From the NCBI RefSeq assembly GCF_963676685.1, contig NC_092353.1:61442001-61506000 (forward strand): DNA of 64,000 nt. The letters run 5' to 3'. Both the position numbers and the translations under genes were made by a program. Below are positions 38,851 through 49,817 of this stretch, one piece after another. The DNA is from Mytilus edulis (taxonomy: Eukaryota). A model generated the notes under the pieces. That model ran no database searches, was not told where the DNA came from, and saw nothing but the letters and a program-made list of their open reading frames with translations. Each line of letters begins with the position of its first letter. Within the stretch, counting starts at the first letter, position 1.

Positions 38851-38879
38851 TTCTTCTTCTTCTTCTTCTTCTTCTTCTT
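38851..38879. repeat. (CTT)n microsatellite
   Basis: About nine CTT units. Confidence 0.9.
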
Positions 38880-39007
38880 TCAGTACAGAGTCGGACTCTT
38901 CTTGAGTGTATAAATGACTTGCTCGTGAAATCATGAGGCCTTCCCTCCTCACTTAATAAAAACTATTTACAGGAAAATTATTTACAAATAAAACTATGTA
39001 CATCTGG

Positions 39008-39256
39008 TGTTATATACCTCTATTTGGTATTTCTGGTTACCGGAAATGTAGGACATAATTTATACTGTTTATTGTATTTTACGGGACTGTATACCTTTTT
39101 TTTTTATGTTTGTCGGCGGCGAACAGTTAGTGTCGTCTGTCACCCATGTGTTTGATAAAATGGCTGTGGAATAAAATTTAGATATCGATATTCAAAAGCG
39201 TGACTTCAATCTCATTAGTCCCCCCAAGACAACAAAAAGGATTGAGGCCAACGACA
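39008..39256 (+). repeat. 5' LTR (249 bp)
   Basis: By eye it differs from the 3' LTR by two substitutions and one T in a homopolymer. Confidence 0.96.
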
Positions 39257-39267
39257 TGGTGGAGGAC
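39257..39267 (+). other. Primer-binding site (TGGTGGAGG, tRNA-Ala-like)
   Basis: Immediately follows the LTR CA and is complementary to ...CCTCCACCA. tRNA identity is tentative. Confidence 0.7.
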
Positions 39268-39635
39268 TTAAAAAGGCTTTTAGCGTAAATATTGCTTTTA
39301 TTTGTGATATAATTTTTGGTGAACATTATTTTTTTTTTGAGAACACGTGGACTGAGTGGACAATTTTGTCAGCGACAAGTCAGCTACATATTTTGATTAG
39401 TATCTCATAATTATTTGGTGACAAAGTATCGCCAGTGCCTGTCGAAATTGTAGGGCTAACAGAGTTTGATTTAGGTGATGTTAATTCTCCAGACAACACT
39501 GCAAATTTTGAACCAGAAATAAATGTGTTATTAGCCGAGGCAAGTCCAATTACATCTACCCCACAACCGTTAAATGTAACAGAAATCCCCACAGAATCGG
39601 TTGATATACCTATTAAGATTCAGACTACTTCAACA

Positions 39636-40670
39636 ATGAGCAAATTAGTCAGGTGTCGTGAATTTTCAGGATACCCCCAAGATAATGCGAAAGGATTTTT
39701 CAGTGAATTTGAATCTTACGCACTTCTCCATGAATTGCCAGAAACAGACAAAAGACGCATTGCAGCATTTCATTTACATCTAAAGGGGCCTGCGTTAACT
39801 TGGTACAATTCTTTGAGTGACGAGTCTAAGAGTTCGTGGATAACAATTTGTGTTTTGTTCAAGGAAAAATATATAAATTTTAGTTGGCAAAGCGCAACAG
39901 TTATAATGGAAAGTGAAATTTTCCAAAACATGGTATTATCTCCGGGTCAGTCGTTAGAAGATTATTTCAGTCAGCTGTCGGAAAAAGCTCAAATATTAAG
40001 AAAGCATGACCACGAGTTAGTAGCAAAATTTATAAGTGGGTTGCCAGAAAAAATGTCGTTTTTTGTCCGTGCTGGTCAACCAGTCGATGCACACCATGCC
40101 TTAACTTCTGCAAAAATGGCGGAAGCCTGTGGGTACAGACAACACGGAGACTCTATAAATGCTCTTAAACATGAAAATAAACATGCACCTCGGCAGCTGC
40201 CAGGAAAATCAAACATTATTGATTCCAACCAGAGCGAGGTTATCCGTGATTTACAAAATCAGGTTGCTGTTCTTACCGACTTAGTTCAGGGTAAACACAA
40301 GGAGCATGTTCAGAGTGAACCATCCCATTCTGATGTTCATGACATTAGGGATCAAATCGGACAGTTAAGCGGTCTGATAACTAGTATGGCAGTCAGGGAA
40401 ATACCCAACAAAGAACCAAAAAGACCTGAAAATACAAGCACGAATTATGCAAATACGTCTCGTTTTGACTCAGCTGAATGTAGGAGATGCAAAGGTCTCG
40501 GTCATTTTCAAAGGGTATGTAACTGGAACGGGTATGGTCAACTTCAACCGTCTAATCAATGCCAACTTTGTAATCAGAATGGCCACATTGCTCAGTCTTG
40601 TACCAAACTGGAGTTTTATGCACAGGGAAACAGGACCAACCCGGGTGTGGGGCACAATCGTCCGGGTTAA
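39636..40670 (+). CDS. gag: Gag with two CCHC zinc knuckles
   Basis: First in-frame ATG at 39636, although the frame is open further upstream. Motifs LKGPALTWY, CRRCKGLGHFQRVC, CQLCNQNGHIAQSC. Confidence 0.92.
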   Translation: MSKLVRCREFSGYPQDNAKGFFSEFESYALLHELPETDKRRIAAFHLHLKGPALTWYNSLSDESKSSWITICVLFKEKYINFSWQSATVIMESEIFQNMVLSPGQSLEDYFSQLSEKAQILRKHDHELVAKFISGLPEKMSFFVRAGQPVDAHHALTSAKMAEACGYRQHGDSINALKHENKHAPRQLPGKSNIIDSNQSEVIRDLQNQVAVLTDLVQGKHKEHVQSEPSHSDVHDIRDQIGQLSGLITSMAVREIPNKEPKRPENTSTNYANTSRFDSAECRRCKGLGHFQRVCNWNGYGQLQPSNQCQLCNQNGHIAQSCTKLEFYAQGNRTNPGVGHNRPG

Positions 40671-41917
40671 CTTCGTCTATTGGTGCCGATTTTGATGAAA
40701 ATGCAACTAAGGATAAATTTTTGTACATAACTGTTTTATTTGGTGATCTAAGAATAGCTGCATTAGTTGATACAGGGAGCTCTATCAATGTCATTTCTAA
40801 ATCTTTGTATGATTCGATATCCGATCGTCATAAACTTTATTTTGAGCAACTAAGTGAATCGGAAATTCGATTAGCCAACAACGATGAAATCAGAATTAAC
40901 GGAATATCCAAACTTCAAGCCACAATTCATCAGAAAAATGAAATTATTGAAACTTATATCATTCCCAAAACATCTCATCCTTTGATTCTCGGTACTGAAT
41001 ATTTACGAGAAAATAAAATTGTTTTAGATTTTAGTGATTTTAGTTGTAATCAGAGGACTGTGCCGGTTAAAACAGGTAAGAGGATAGAACTTGAACCGAA
41101 TACAGAATACTTAACTTTTGGGAAGTTACCAAATTACGTTACAGTCGGATTGCAAGGGATATGCGTAAACAGCAAATTTTCAGTTAACCACAAGTTTTTA
41201 GTTGCCAAATCTTTAGTTGTCGTTCCTGTCAATCGCAAAGTTCCGATTAAATTATTGAATGCTAGTAATGTGAAAATAACGATTCCAAAAGGCAAAAATA
41301 TTGCTGAATTTTCAACATTATCAAATGAGTACACCTATGTTGCAATGTCTGAAAAATCCGAGATACCCGAAGTGCAGAATATTCAGTTGGTTGCTAATGA
41401 AAATGGACTGCGGACCGATATTTCCGAACAGCAATGTGACATTACAGACAGTCCCGACAGGCAAGAAATTTTGACCAAGATAAAGACAGATTTTGATTTA
41501 TCCGATCATTTAACACACGATCAAAAATCGGAATTAGCTGAATGTTTGTTAGATAATCTTGATTTATTTGTTACGAAAGAAAATCCAAACCTTGGATATA
41601 CACATTTAGTGGAGCATAAAATACATCTGAAGCCAAATGCTGTTGGTAAACATCATAAGCCGTACAGGTTACCCCCTTACAAACGTGAGGTTTTGCGTGA
41701 GCAACTGGATAACTTGCTTGAACAGGGAATAGTTGTGCCAGTTAGTGAACAAGAGGAGCTACCCATTACAAGTCCGATAGTATTAGTCACAAAGCGAAAT
41801 GAAGCGTCGAATAGTAAGACTTCAACTCAAAGTTATAGGTTTGTTTGTGATTTTAGACATTTAAACGCGCAAACGGAAGACTTTAAATATATGTTATACC
41901 AAACTTACAGGAACTGA
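40598..41917 (+). CDS. pol: Pol 5' part: aspartic protease, linker, start of RT
   Basis: ALVDTGSS, LILG, SPIVLVTK, YRFVCDFRHLN. Broken at about 41890 by a 2-nt (AT) insertion. Confidence 0.92.
   Translation: MYQTGVLCTGKQDQPGCGAQSSGLTSSIGADFDENATKDKFLYITVLFGDLRIAALVDTGSSINVISKSLYDSISDRHKLYFEQLSESEIRLANNDEIRINGISKLQATIHQKNEIIETYIIPKTSHPLILGTEYLRENKIVLDFSDFSCNQRTVPVKTGKRIELEPNTEYLTFGKLPNYVTVGLQGICVNSKFSVNHKFLVAKSLVVVPVNRKVPIKLLNASNVKITIPKGKNIAEFSTLSNEYTYVAMSEKSEIPEVQNIQLVANENGLRTDISEQQCDITDSPDRQEILTKIKTDFDLSDHLTHDQKSELAECLLDNLDLFVTKENPNLGYTHLVEHKIHLKPNAVGKHHKPYRLPPYKREVLREQLDNLLEQGIVVPVSEQEELPITSPIVLVTKRNEASNSKTSTQSYRFVCDFRHLNAQTEDFKYMLYQTYRN
40625..40670 (+). promoter_or_regulatory. -1 programmed ribosomal frameshift signal (gag-pol)
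   Basis: Slippery G GGA AAC in the gag frame, followed 6 nt later by stem AACCCGG...CCGGGTT. pol is in the -1 frame. Confidence 0.85.
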
Positions 41918-44709
41918 CGGAATCCTTTGCTGAAATAGTACCAAATTATATAACTTCGATAGATTTATCTTCCGGTTTTTTTCAGATGGGCATATCCGCC
42001 GAATCGTCAAGATATACCGCTTTCAACACATGTTTTGGAACGTACAAGTTTTTAAGGCTGCCAATGGGGTTAAAGACGGCACCTAACACATTTCAGCTTT
42101 TAATGGACAAGGTACTGCGTGGTCTAAAATTCAGAACTTGTTTGTGCTATTTAGATGACGTATTGATCTGCTCTGAAACCTTTGAAAAACATTTAGACGA
42201 TATCAAAGAAATCTTTAAACGATTTCGAGATGCAGGACTAAAACTGGGACAGAAAAAATGCCATTTTGCAAGTGAGACGTGTATTTTTCTTGGACACGAG
42301 ATTTCTAAACATGGGATAAGACCCCCAAAAGATCGAGTGAAGGCTATTGTCGACTTTCCGGCACCACAGAATATAAAACAACTTCGTCGCACAATTGGAT
42401 TATTTAACTGGTTTAAAAAGTTTATACCAAATTTCAGTGCTATAATTAGTCCACTCACTAAACTCCTGAAGAAAAATCAAAAATTTGAATGGAAAATTGA
42501 ACAATCTACAGCATTTCAAAATCTTAAAACTCATCTTGTTAATACTGATAATCTCAGTTTCCCCCGTTTCGATTTACCGTTTATATTGGCTGTGGATACT
42601 TCATCAAAAGGAATAGGGTACATGCTTTATCAGAAGGACCCAACAAAGGAAAAACCAAATATCATTCGTTTCGGATCAAAGTCTTTATCACGATGGCAGC
42701 AGTCGTATGGTCCTACGAAATTGGAGTTGTTGGGAATGGTCACTAGTATTCTTGACTGTGCGGACTATTTAAGGGGTACACAATTTATCGTGGAGTGCGA
42801 CCACCAAGCACTCCAACCATTGTTTATGAAGCAATTCAAAGGAGCTATTTATGAGCGTTGGCTTGCCATTCTCCAGCAATTTACATTTGAAATTCAATAT
42901 AAGCCTGCAGAACAAATGAAAGTCGCTGACGCGCTCTCAAGATGTGAAAATCCCGAAAACATTCCGATCGAAAGCCCTGCAGAAGATGATCCGTTTTTCC
43001 CCTTGGTAACAGAAAATACAGGAGAAATACGTTTACCCGGTGGAGTGAAATTTGTTGATTTATTTGAATCGAATGATAATACGGACGTTGTTGTACAGGC
43101 TATAGACATGGTAGCTGACAAGCACATCGATTTATACAATGTAGAAACGGACGAGCATAACTCGCTAAATGATCCATATGATGCCGATACGGACGAGTCA
43201 GACTCTAATGTACACAATCGCAAAAAGAAATTTGCCAGAAATAATCAGAACGTTGAACAACTTGCTAATACTTTGCGCGATTTTCAAGTTGGTGCAAATA
43301 CCTCTAACATCAAAAAGTTACAACGGAAAGATAGCGATTTAAGGAAAATTATTGCATATTTAGAAGATGATGTTTTGCCAGATTCACAAAAAGAATCTCG
43401 CCGTATTTTATTGGAGTCGTGTGAGTTCATTTTAGTTGACGATGTGTTATATCACCGTAGAAAGGCAAAATCAGAAAGGACAAAGAGCATGAGTAAATTT
43501 CAACTTGTTATTCCTAGACAATTGATTTCGCAAATTTTAAAAATTGCTCATGACTCCCCATTAGGTGGACACAGTGGAATTCAGAATACTTTAGACTCTG
43601 TTAGAGAGCGTTATTATTTTGCGCGAATGGGTAAAATAATCAGTGAATACGTGCAGTCTTGCCATGAGTGCCAGTCACGTAAAGTTAGCAATTTAAAAAC
43701 GAAAGCAAAAATAGTAGCTTATCCTACGCCTAGTGAACCATTTCAAGTATGGCAAATGGACATTTTTGGACCACTTGTTTCATCAAATAATGCCAATACA
43801 TACGTTTTTACAGCAGTTGATGCTTTCAGTAATTTCTTGTTTGCTGTGCCATTTCGAAATAACGATGCAATATCAGTTTCTCAGGCAATTTTCAATTTTT
43901 TCTGTAATTTTGGTGTGTGTAACACGGTTATTTCAGACCAAGGATCAGAATTTATTGGCAAATGTACAATGGAAGTGTGCAAAATGTTGAATGTAGAGCA
44001 AGAATTTACACCTAGTATGATGCATCACTGTTTGGGTCGCTGTGAACGAACGCATCGGACCTTAGCGGAGCGTTTAACGCCATATGTTTTAGACAATAAA
44101 CAATGGGAAGAAATGCTTCCTGGAATAGTATTCTCAATCAATAGTTGTGTAAATTCAGGATCAAAATACTCTGCTTTTGAAATTGTCTACGGAAAAAGGC
44201 CAAATTTTCCGTTATCGCCTTCTTACATAGTTGATTTTAAAGATATTCCGAAAGATGTAAAAACCTATGTTGAGAATTTGAATGCCCGTTTGAACATTAT
44301 TCGAGAGCATGTAAAATTGAATACCCTTGTTGCTCAACGGAAAATGGTAGAAACCGAAAATAAAAATGCACATGAACTAGATTTGACCGTAGGCGACAAT
44401 GTTTATTTATCCAGAGAGCCCGTTGGACAAGGCAGGAAATTTCAGCATATTTATGATGGACCGTTTACTGTAACATGTCTTCCGAGTGCACATCTAGTTA
44501 TTTTAAGAGATCCAACAGGAAAGAGAAATTTTCGCCGTCCCGTGCACATCAATAGATTAAAGCTTGCACATATACGGGTGCCCTTACCAGCACCTTATTT
44601 TACCAACAAATCGACGAAAGTGAAAATACTAGCAGTAAGTCGGATAATAGTTCTAGCTCCGTTGACAGGGACACCTCGGAGAATTCTAAGTCTATATCTA
44701 CAAATGTGA
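41893..44709 (+). CDS. pol: Pol 3' part: RT, RNase H, integrase
   Basis: LPMGLKTAP, YLDD, AVDTSS, ECDHQAL, VADALSR, HHCC zinc motif, MDIFGP, ISDQGSEF, CERTHRT, GPF. Confidence 0.95.
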   Translation, partial: VIPNLQELTESFAEIVPNYITSIDLSSGFFQMGISAESSRYTAFNTCFGTYKFLRLPMGLKTAPNTFQLLMDKVLRGLKFRTCLCYLDDVLICSETFEKHLDDIKEIFKRFRDAGLKLGQKKCHFASETCIFLGHEISKHGIRPPKDRVKAIVDFPAPQNIKQLRRTIGLFNWFKKFIPNFSAIISPLTKLLKKNQKFEWKIEQSTAFQNLKTHLVNTDNLSFPRFDLPFILAVDTSSKGIGYMLYQKDPTKEKPNIIRFGSKSLSRWQQSYGPTKLELLGMVTSILDCADYLRGTQFIVECDHQALQPLFMKQFKGAIYERWLAILQQFTFEIQYKPAEQMKVADALSRCENPENIPIESPAEDDPFFPLVTENTGEIRLPGGVKFVDLFESNDNTDVVVQAIDMVADKHIDLYNVETDEHNSLNDPYDADTDESDSNVHNRKKKFARNNQNVEQLANTLRDFQVGANTSNIKKLQRKDSDLRKIIAYLEDDVLPDSQKESRRILLESCEFILVDDVLYHRRKAKSERTKSMSKFQLVIPRQLISQILKIAHDSPLGGHSGIQNTLDSVRERYYFARMGKIISEYVQSCHECQSRKVSNLKTKAKIVAYPTPSEPFQVWQMDIFGPLVSSNNANTYVFTAVDAFSNFLFAVPFRNNDAISVSQAIFNFFCNFGVCNTVISDQGSEFIGKCTMEVCKMLNVEQEFTPSMMHHCLGRCERTHRTLAERLTPYVLDNKQWEEMLPGIVFSINSCVNSGSKYSAFEIVYGKRPNFPLSPSYIVDFKDIPKDVKTYVENLNARLNIIREHVKLNTLVAQRKMVETENKNAHELDLTVGDNVYLSREPVGQGRKFQHIYDGPFTVTCLPSAHLVILRDPTGKRNFRRPVHINRLKLAHIRVPLPAPYFTNKSTKVKILAVSRIIVLAPLTGTPRRILSLYLQM

Positions 44710-45032
44710 CGACAGAAAGTGAAGCCCTAGACACAGATGTGGTTTCTCAACATGATACTACGAATTTAAATAGACTAAGAAGGAATATTCAGAAGCCTGT
44801 GCGGTACCGTGATGATAACTTTATCGACCCCGATAAAATAGTGGATTCATGTGAAAACAATCAATTGAAAGTAAAACGTATTCTTACCAAGCGAAAAGAC
44901 GGTGCAAATTTCGTTTACTTGATTCAGAAAGTAGGAGAACCAGCACAGAATGCGATTTGGCTCCCTTTATCAAAATTACCACCCAAAGCACAAACCTTGC
45001 TACTTTCAAGACCACCGCCGTTGATTCAGTAG
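44608..45032 (+). CDS. Frameshifted Pol C-terminal tail with chromodomain-like module
   Basis: Frame is open from about 44608. LKVKRILTKRKDGANFVYLIQKVGEPAQNAIWLP resembles the chromodomain pattern VxxIL...YLxKWxG....TW.P. Confidence 0.6.
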
Positions 45033-45055
45033 TTATATGTTTAGTAAACTTTCGC

Positions 45056-45664
45056 ATGGTGATGATTGCATCGCCAAACCATTAGTTCAAAGTCAAATAT
45101 GTCATATATTGCTCTAGTTATTCAAATGAAACAATCAGAGTGCCGTAGATGAAATTTGAGAAATCAGTTTAATTCCTTGTTTTGGTGATGATTGCATCGC
45201 TAAACAGACAATGCGTGCGTTATCAGTAAAAGTGATGATTGCATCGCTTAACTGAAATTACACTTCGTTTAAAAATAGCATTGATTGGATGTCTTACAAA
45301 ATTTAGTGGCGAGCTTTATAAAGTGATGATTGCATCGCTCAATTTATTTACACTTCGTTAAGCAATACCTATGGTTGGACTTTTGAGGAAGATAAATATA
45401 TTTATATATATATATATATATTGCTGTTTTGGTGATGATTGCATCGCTAAACTAACATAACATTCGATTGTGGGATTTAGACAGTTTATATAAACTATGC
45501 AGGAGGACATAATCTTCTTGATTTGTGACGTTTTTGGTGATGATTGCATCGCTAAACTTACATACTTTAGATCGCGAGATGTGAGCAGTTGCAGTTATAC
45601 CCTGATTTTCAGCTATGGACTATGCAGAAGGACATAATCGTTTTTGGTGATGATAGCATCGCTG
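45056..45664 (+). repeat. Array of seven conserved GTGATG-ATTG-CATCGC hairpins in the Gypsy 3' untranslated region
   Basis: Copies at about 45058, 45184, 45232, 45323, 45431, 45536 and 45646 (last has loop ATAG). Confidence 0.92.
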
Positions 45665-46378
45665 TTATTGCATTGTACTAATGTCAAATGTACTTTTATT
45701 TACTGTTATTTTCGTATGATATTACGATTGATGGTTGTTATTTTTTCTTAAAGGTATGCATTTCTATCATATGTTACATTCAAAAAGTATATATATCATG
45801 AAGCTAGATAAGGCATTATTATGAACTAGATGTGTTACATGCAACAGAATTGAAAAGTTTTTCAAATACTTGCTAAAGTTTTTCTCAGTTGAATTTATAA
45901 CGGTGTACAGAGTGTTAGTGTCTGCTAGAGTGAAAACCTGTACATTTTCTATAACATTGTTTATTGAGACTGAGAGTGTATGTATACATGTATATCAAAA
46001 TTATTTCATGTGAACTTTTGGCTAGTTATATAAGAGTGTGTGATAGTGTTATACTAGATTGTGTTATTTAAAATAATTGTATTAAGAGTTTCGGGTCTCT
46101 ACTAGCATCACTGTGATTAGAGCACAAATTGTCACCAATAATAGCAAACTTAAGAGTTGAGTCAACTTTATGAAAAGTTTTATTCATCCTATATATGATA
46201 TAGTATATATGCAAGTACAAACAAAACTGTGTCCATGTACGGAGTTAGTAATGCCAGAGTGAGAAAGGGTGTATACAAATTTGAAATGTATTTTTTTTAA
46301 AATTATTATTATTGTATTATGTTATATTGCTGTCTGCATTTCCAGTGACCAGACCAAAATTTTTCAAATTTTATATTT

Positions 46379-46388
46379 GGGCGGGGGA
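46379..46388 (+). other. Polypurine tract
   Basis: GGGCGGGGGA directly before the 3' LTR. Confidence 0.8.
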
Positions 46389-46636
46389 TGTTATATACCT
46401 CTATTTGGTATTTCTGGTTACCGGAAATGTAGGACATAATTTGTACTGTTTATTGTATTTTACGGGACTGTATACCTTTTTTTTTATGTTTGTCGGCGGC
46501 GAACAGTTAGTGTCGTCTGTCACCCATGTGTTTGATAAAATGGCTGTGGAATAAAATTTAGATATCGATATTCAAAAGCGTGACTTCAATCTCATTAGTC
46601 CCCCCAAGACAACAAAAAGGACTGAGGCCAACGACA
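46389..46636 (+). repeat. 3' LTR (248 bp)
   Basis: Direct repeat of 39008-39256. Confidence 0.96.
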
Positions 46637-48571
46637 CTGGGGTCAAAGGAGATCTAGGTGTGTGAAGTTATAAGGACTCGGGGTGACGAAATTTTAAATC
46701 TAAATTTCGTCATTGTAATAACGAAGTAAAAGTGAAGTTACTGAAAGTAGAAATGACCACCAAACGTTGGTCTACATGACTTTCTTTATACATAGAAAAC
46801 AATCCTCACTAGACCAATATTCTTATCCGATGACTTGATATTACTTCAGCTCATTGGCCGAAGACTTAACAGTGGCGTAGCTGGGTCATTTTTACGAGTA
46901 CGCCCGAACCTTGGCGAAGGGTCTGAGGGGGTGCCAACCGCTCAATGTCAAAGCACCTGCTGGTAGTGGTTTCGAGGGGACGAAGTCCCCGAAAGCTATC
47001 GAGTTATCGAGAATGAGATCTACCATTCCTGTCAGTAAAAATTCATTAATAGCAACATACTTTTGAATCTAATTGGTTTATTTTTTATGTTTAATTATGA
47101 AATATGTTTAACTTATCATCCGTCATCGTGTTAAACTGGAAGCTATAGTGGTCATTGGTTTTAGAGAAAACGTGCAAACCAATATTACTTTCAAATATGT
47201 TTAAAGGGAGCCGTGAGTGAGCATACAATCGACAAAAGCACCTTTTAATGGACATGAAAATTCATTTCTAACAGGTGCAATATAAAAATATTTCATGACA
47301 ATCTATGAAGTATTATAAATTGATCATGAAAAAACAATTAATTGCGTACAGAAAGTTCGGCTATGAGTAAAGATCAGAAAATGTCAGGTGCTGGTGGGTC
47401 CTGATTCTGTGCTGGTGAGTTTGTTTACATTGTATCAGAACGGCAATAAAACGACTGTTTTGTTTTGTTGCTTAATTTTTCTCTGATGCGTCATAAGTAC
47501 CATGCAAAGTATATTACAACAATATTATATTGCAAAAGTCGTGCAAGTTCGTTAAACGGAATTGTCCTGACGCTGTGCTGGTGATAAGAAAAACGGTCCT
47601 GGTTCTGTGCTCCTATGTCCTGGTTCTGTGCCTTTATATTTTAGTTAAAAGTGGCATATATTCAAGATCATTGATGCTGTACTGTTATTGACTAATTAAC
47701 TGTTGTCTGCTTTCTTGAAATTGACATTGTTGTGAATCTGTTTACTGTTATTATGAGAGAAAAAAATACCCCTATTTTTTATATTTTTTTTAAATTAACT
47801 GTAATCTAAAACCCTTCTTGCCCCCTTTTAAGATAAGAAAATATGTTTACGATTTTCGGGATTACGATAATTTTGCAAGATCACCAAAATACGTTGTAAT
47901 TTATACAATACTTATATAAAGTAGATGATGTGGTATGTTAGATCGAGGTTACAGTGAAAGTTTTAAGCTTGGAATAGTTTCCCGTAAGATTTAAAAGTTG
48001 TATTTTTAAAGAAAAATGTATCGTATAGCTATTAAGAATCACTTGCTGTATCTGTAAGATTTTTTCAACATAATTTTTTTGTCTGAACGGTTATCAGGTA
48101 TTTTTTTTTCGAAAGTTCGATAGAACACTAAAAGAAAATTCACTATTTTATGAAGGGCAGACTAGAATATGTCAATTTCAAACATTAAAATATCTCGTAG
48201 CTTCATACTACCAATTGAGTATAAAAAAGTATATAAGTTTAAAAAAGAAATTCTTAGATTAAACACCTACATTTAACTTTAAAAGGTCATAACAGTTTAA
48301 AACAATACAAATCTACACACACAAAAAAACTGGCTTAATTTCAACTGGTTATCAACCCGATTCGCTATAAGATCATATATAAGCTCACCAGTGTCGAGGG
48401 GTCGTGTGAGGTTCGTGTATTGTCTTGGCGTCCGCAATTACAAAAAGATCTTTTCTGAAATTACTTGACCAAATGTTACCAAGTGATTTTTTAAGAGTGA
48501 ATCTAGGAAAAACAATATTCATCAACAAACATGACCACTGTCTGTTAAAAGGTATTCGAGTTTTTAGTTAC

Positions 48572-48832
48572 AGCCGATTCCATTGAGTATGTAGGCAAAA
48601 GTAATATCTTTGGTTAGCTTGCTTGTTAGCTAAACCGTGAAGTCATTGTTAGGTAAGGTATACTACCCTCCTTTCGAAGTAGCCTGGTCCTACAGACAGA
48701 CAGATGTGTCATTTGTCGGACTAGTCTACTCTTAAAGTAGGGTAGTTTACATAACCTAACAATGACTTTTCTGTTCAGCAAGCAAGATAACCAAAGATAT
48801 TCCCTTTGTCTACACACTCATTGAAATCGGCT
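48572..48832. mobile_element. MITE with ~55-bp imperfect TIRs
   Basis: AGCCGATTCCATTGAGTATGTAGGCAAAAG... pairs with ...CTTTGTCTACACACTCATTGAAATCGGCT. TTAC/TTAA flanks. Confidence 0.7.
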
Positions 48833-49541
48833 TTAATATTGCAAAAGTTCAAGCAATTAGGGCAAAACTTACCGAGAAAAAAAAATCAAAAAGCCAATGT
48901 CTATCTACCTTGCACATTTCAGAAAATTCAGATCCGATAACGAAACTGGGTCCAGCAACAATTATAAGCAATTTAAGATTTTGACCCTCACATTTTCCAT
49001 CCACCACAAATATTCTTGTTACAACGAATCATTTTAAATACAAAAATACCAGTTGCAGCCTTTTGTTTATCTATTAATATATGTATACGGATAAAGCTAT
49101 GAAAGGCAGCAGGGTCACCAGGGTGAGGAGTCCATGTCATCTGAAATAAATGCTAAGCATAGATCTAGAAAGCGACAGATAATCATGACATTAAAAAAAA
49201 CTCTCTTCTTTTCGACTTTTTTTCGAACAAATTGACACATAAAATGAATTATATAGTATTGTGGAATTTTTAACTTGACTGTGTTCAATTCATTGGTTAC
49301 ACCTTTTACTAGGATAACAATCCTGTCAAGTATGAGCTGGGTAAAATATTTCAGAAAAGAAGATGAAAATGTGAAAGTTTCCGTGCGTCTGGTGCAACAG
49401 CATACGAACAGCTAACATGCCTCGTCAGGTAAAAAGTCCACGAAAATATGATTTAAAACCTTTATTCGTTCCAACAAAGATTGAGATTTTGTTGAGGATT
49501 TAACCATCTACGACAACAAGAATTATTTTTATTAGAATTTA

Positions 49542-49817
49542 CAGCTCTTCTGTAAATATATGCAAAGCAAACCATTGATCAAAGTGCTTGCTATGATTGT
49601 TTGGATGTTTGTAAACGACAGGTAAATAGTCTGTTACTATATACTAGAATTTGTTTGAACAATAAACATTAACTTCAATTCCTGTCAGTTTGTATTTGTG
49701 CAATCAAATCCCAGTATGTATTGAAACACCGCCTACCTATTGTTTGAAAACATCCAAGCAAACATAGCAAGCAAGTCAATCAAAGTTTGTTTTTTGCATG
49801 CTTTTATAGAAGAGCTG
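49542..49817. mobile_element. Tc1/mariner-like MITE
   Basis: TA-CAGCTCTTCT...AGAAGAGCTG-TA with extended imperfect TIRs. Confidence 0.75.

Larger units (their letters stand above)
39008..46636 (+). mobile_element. Full-length Ty3/Gypsy LTR retrotransposon
   Basis: TG...CA LTRs, 4-bp TSD CTGG (39004-39007 and 46637-46640), PBS, PPT, and gag-PR-RT-RH-IN order. Confidence 0.98.

Noticed and set aside
42147-43990. Antisense and alternative-frame ORFs in pol
   Set aside because: Shadow ORFs of the pol coding region with no recognisable motifs.
45056-45664. CRISPR array
   Set aside because: Repeats are only 16-24 nt, spacers are irregular and partly homologous to each other, there are no cas genes, and it sits inside a eukaryotic retrotransposon.
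45033-46388. env-like third ORF in the Gypsy element
   Set aside because: No substantial ORF. The region is non-coding.
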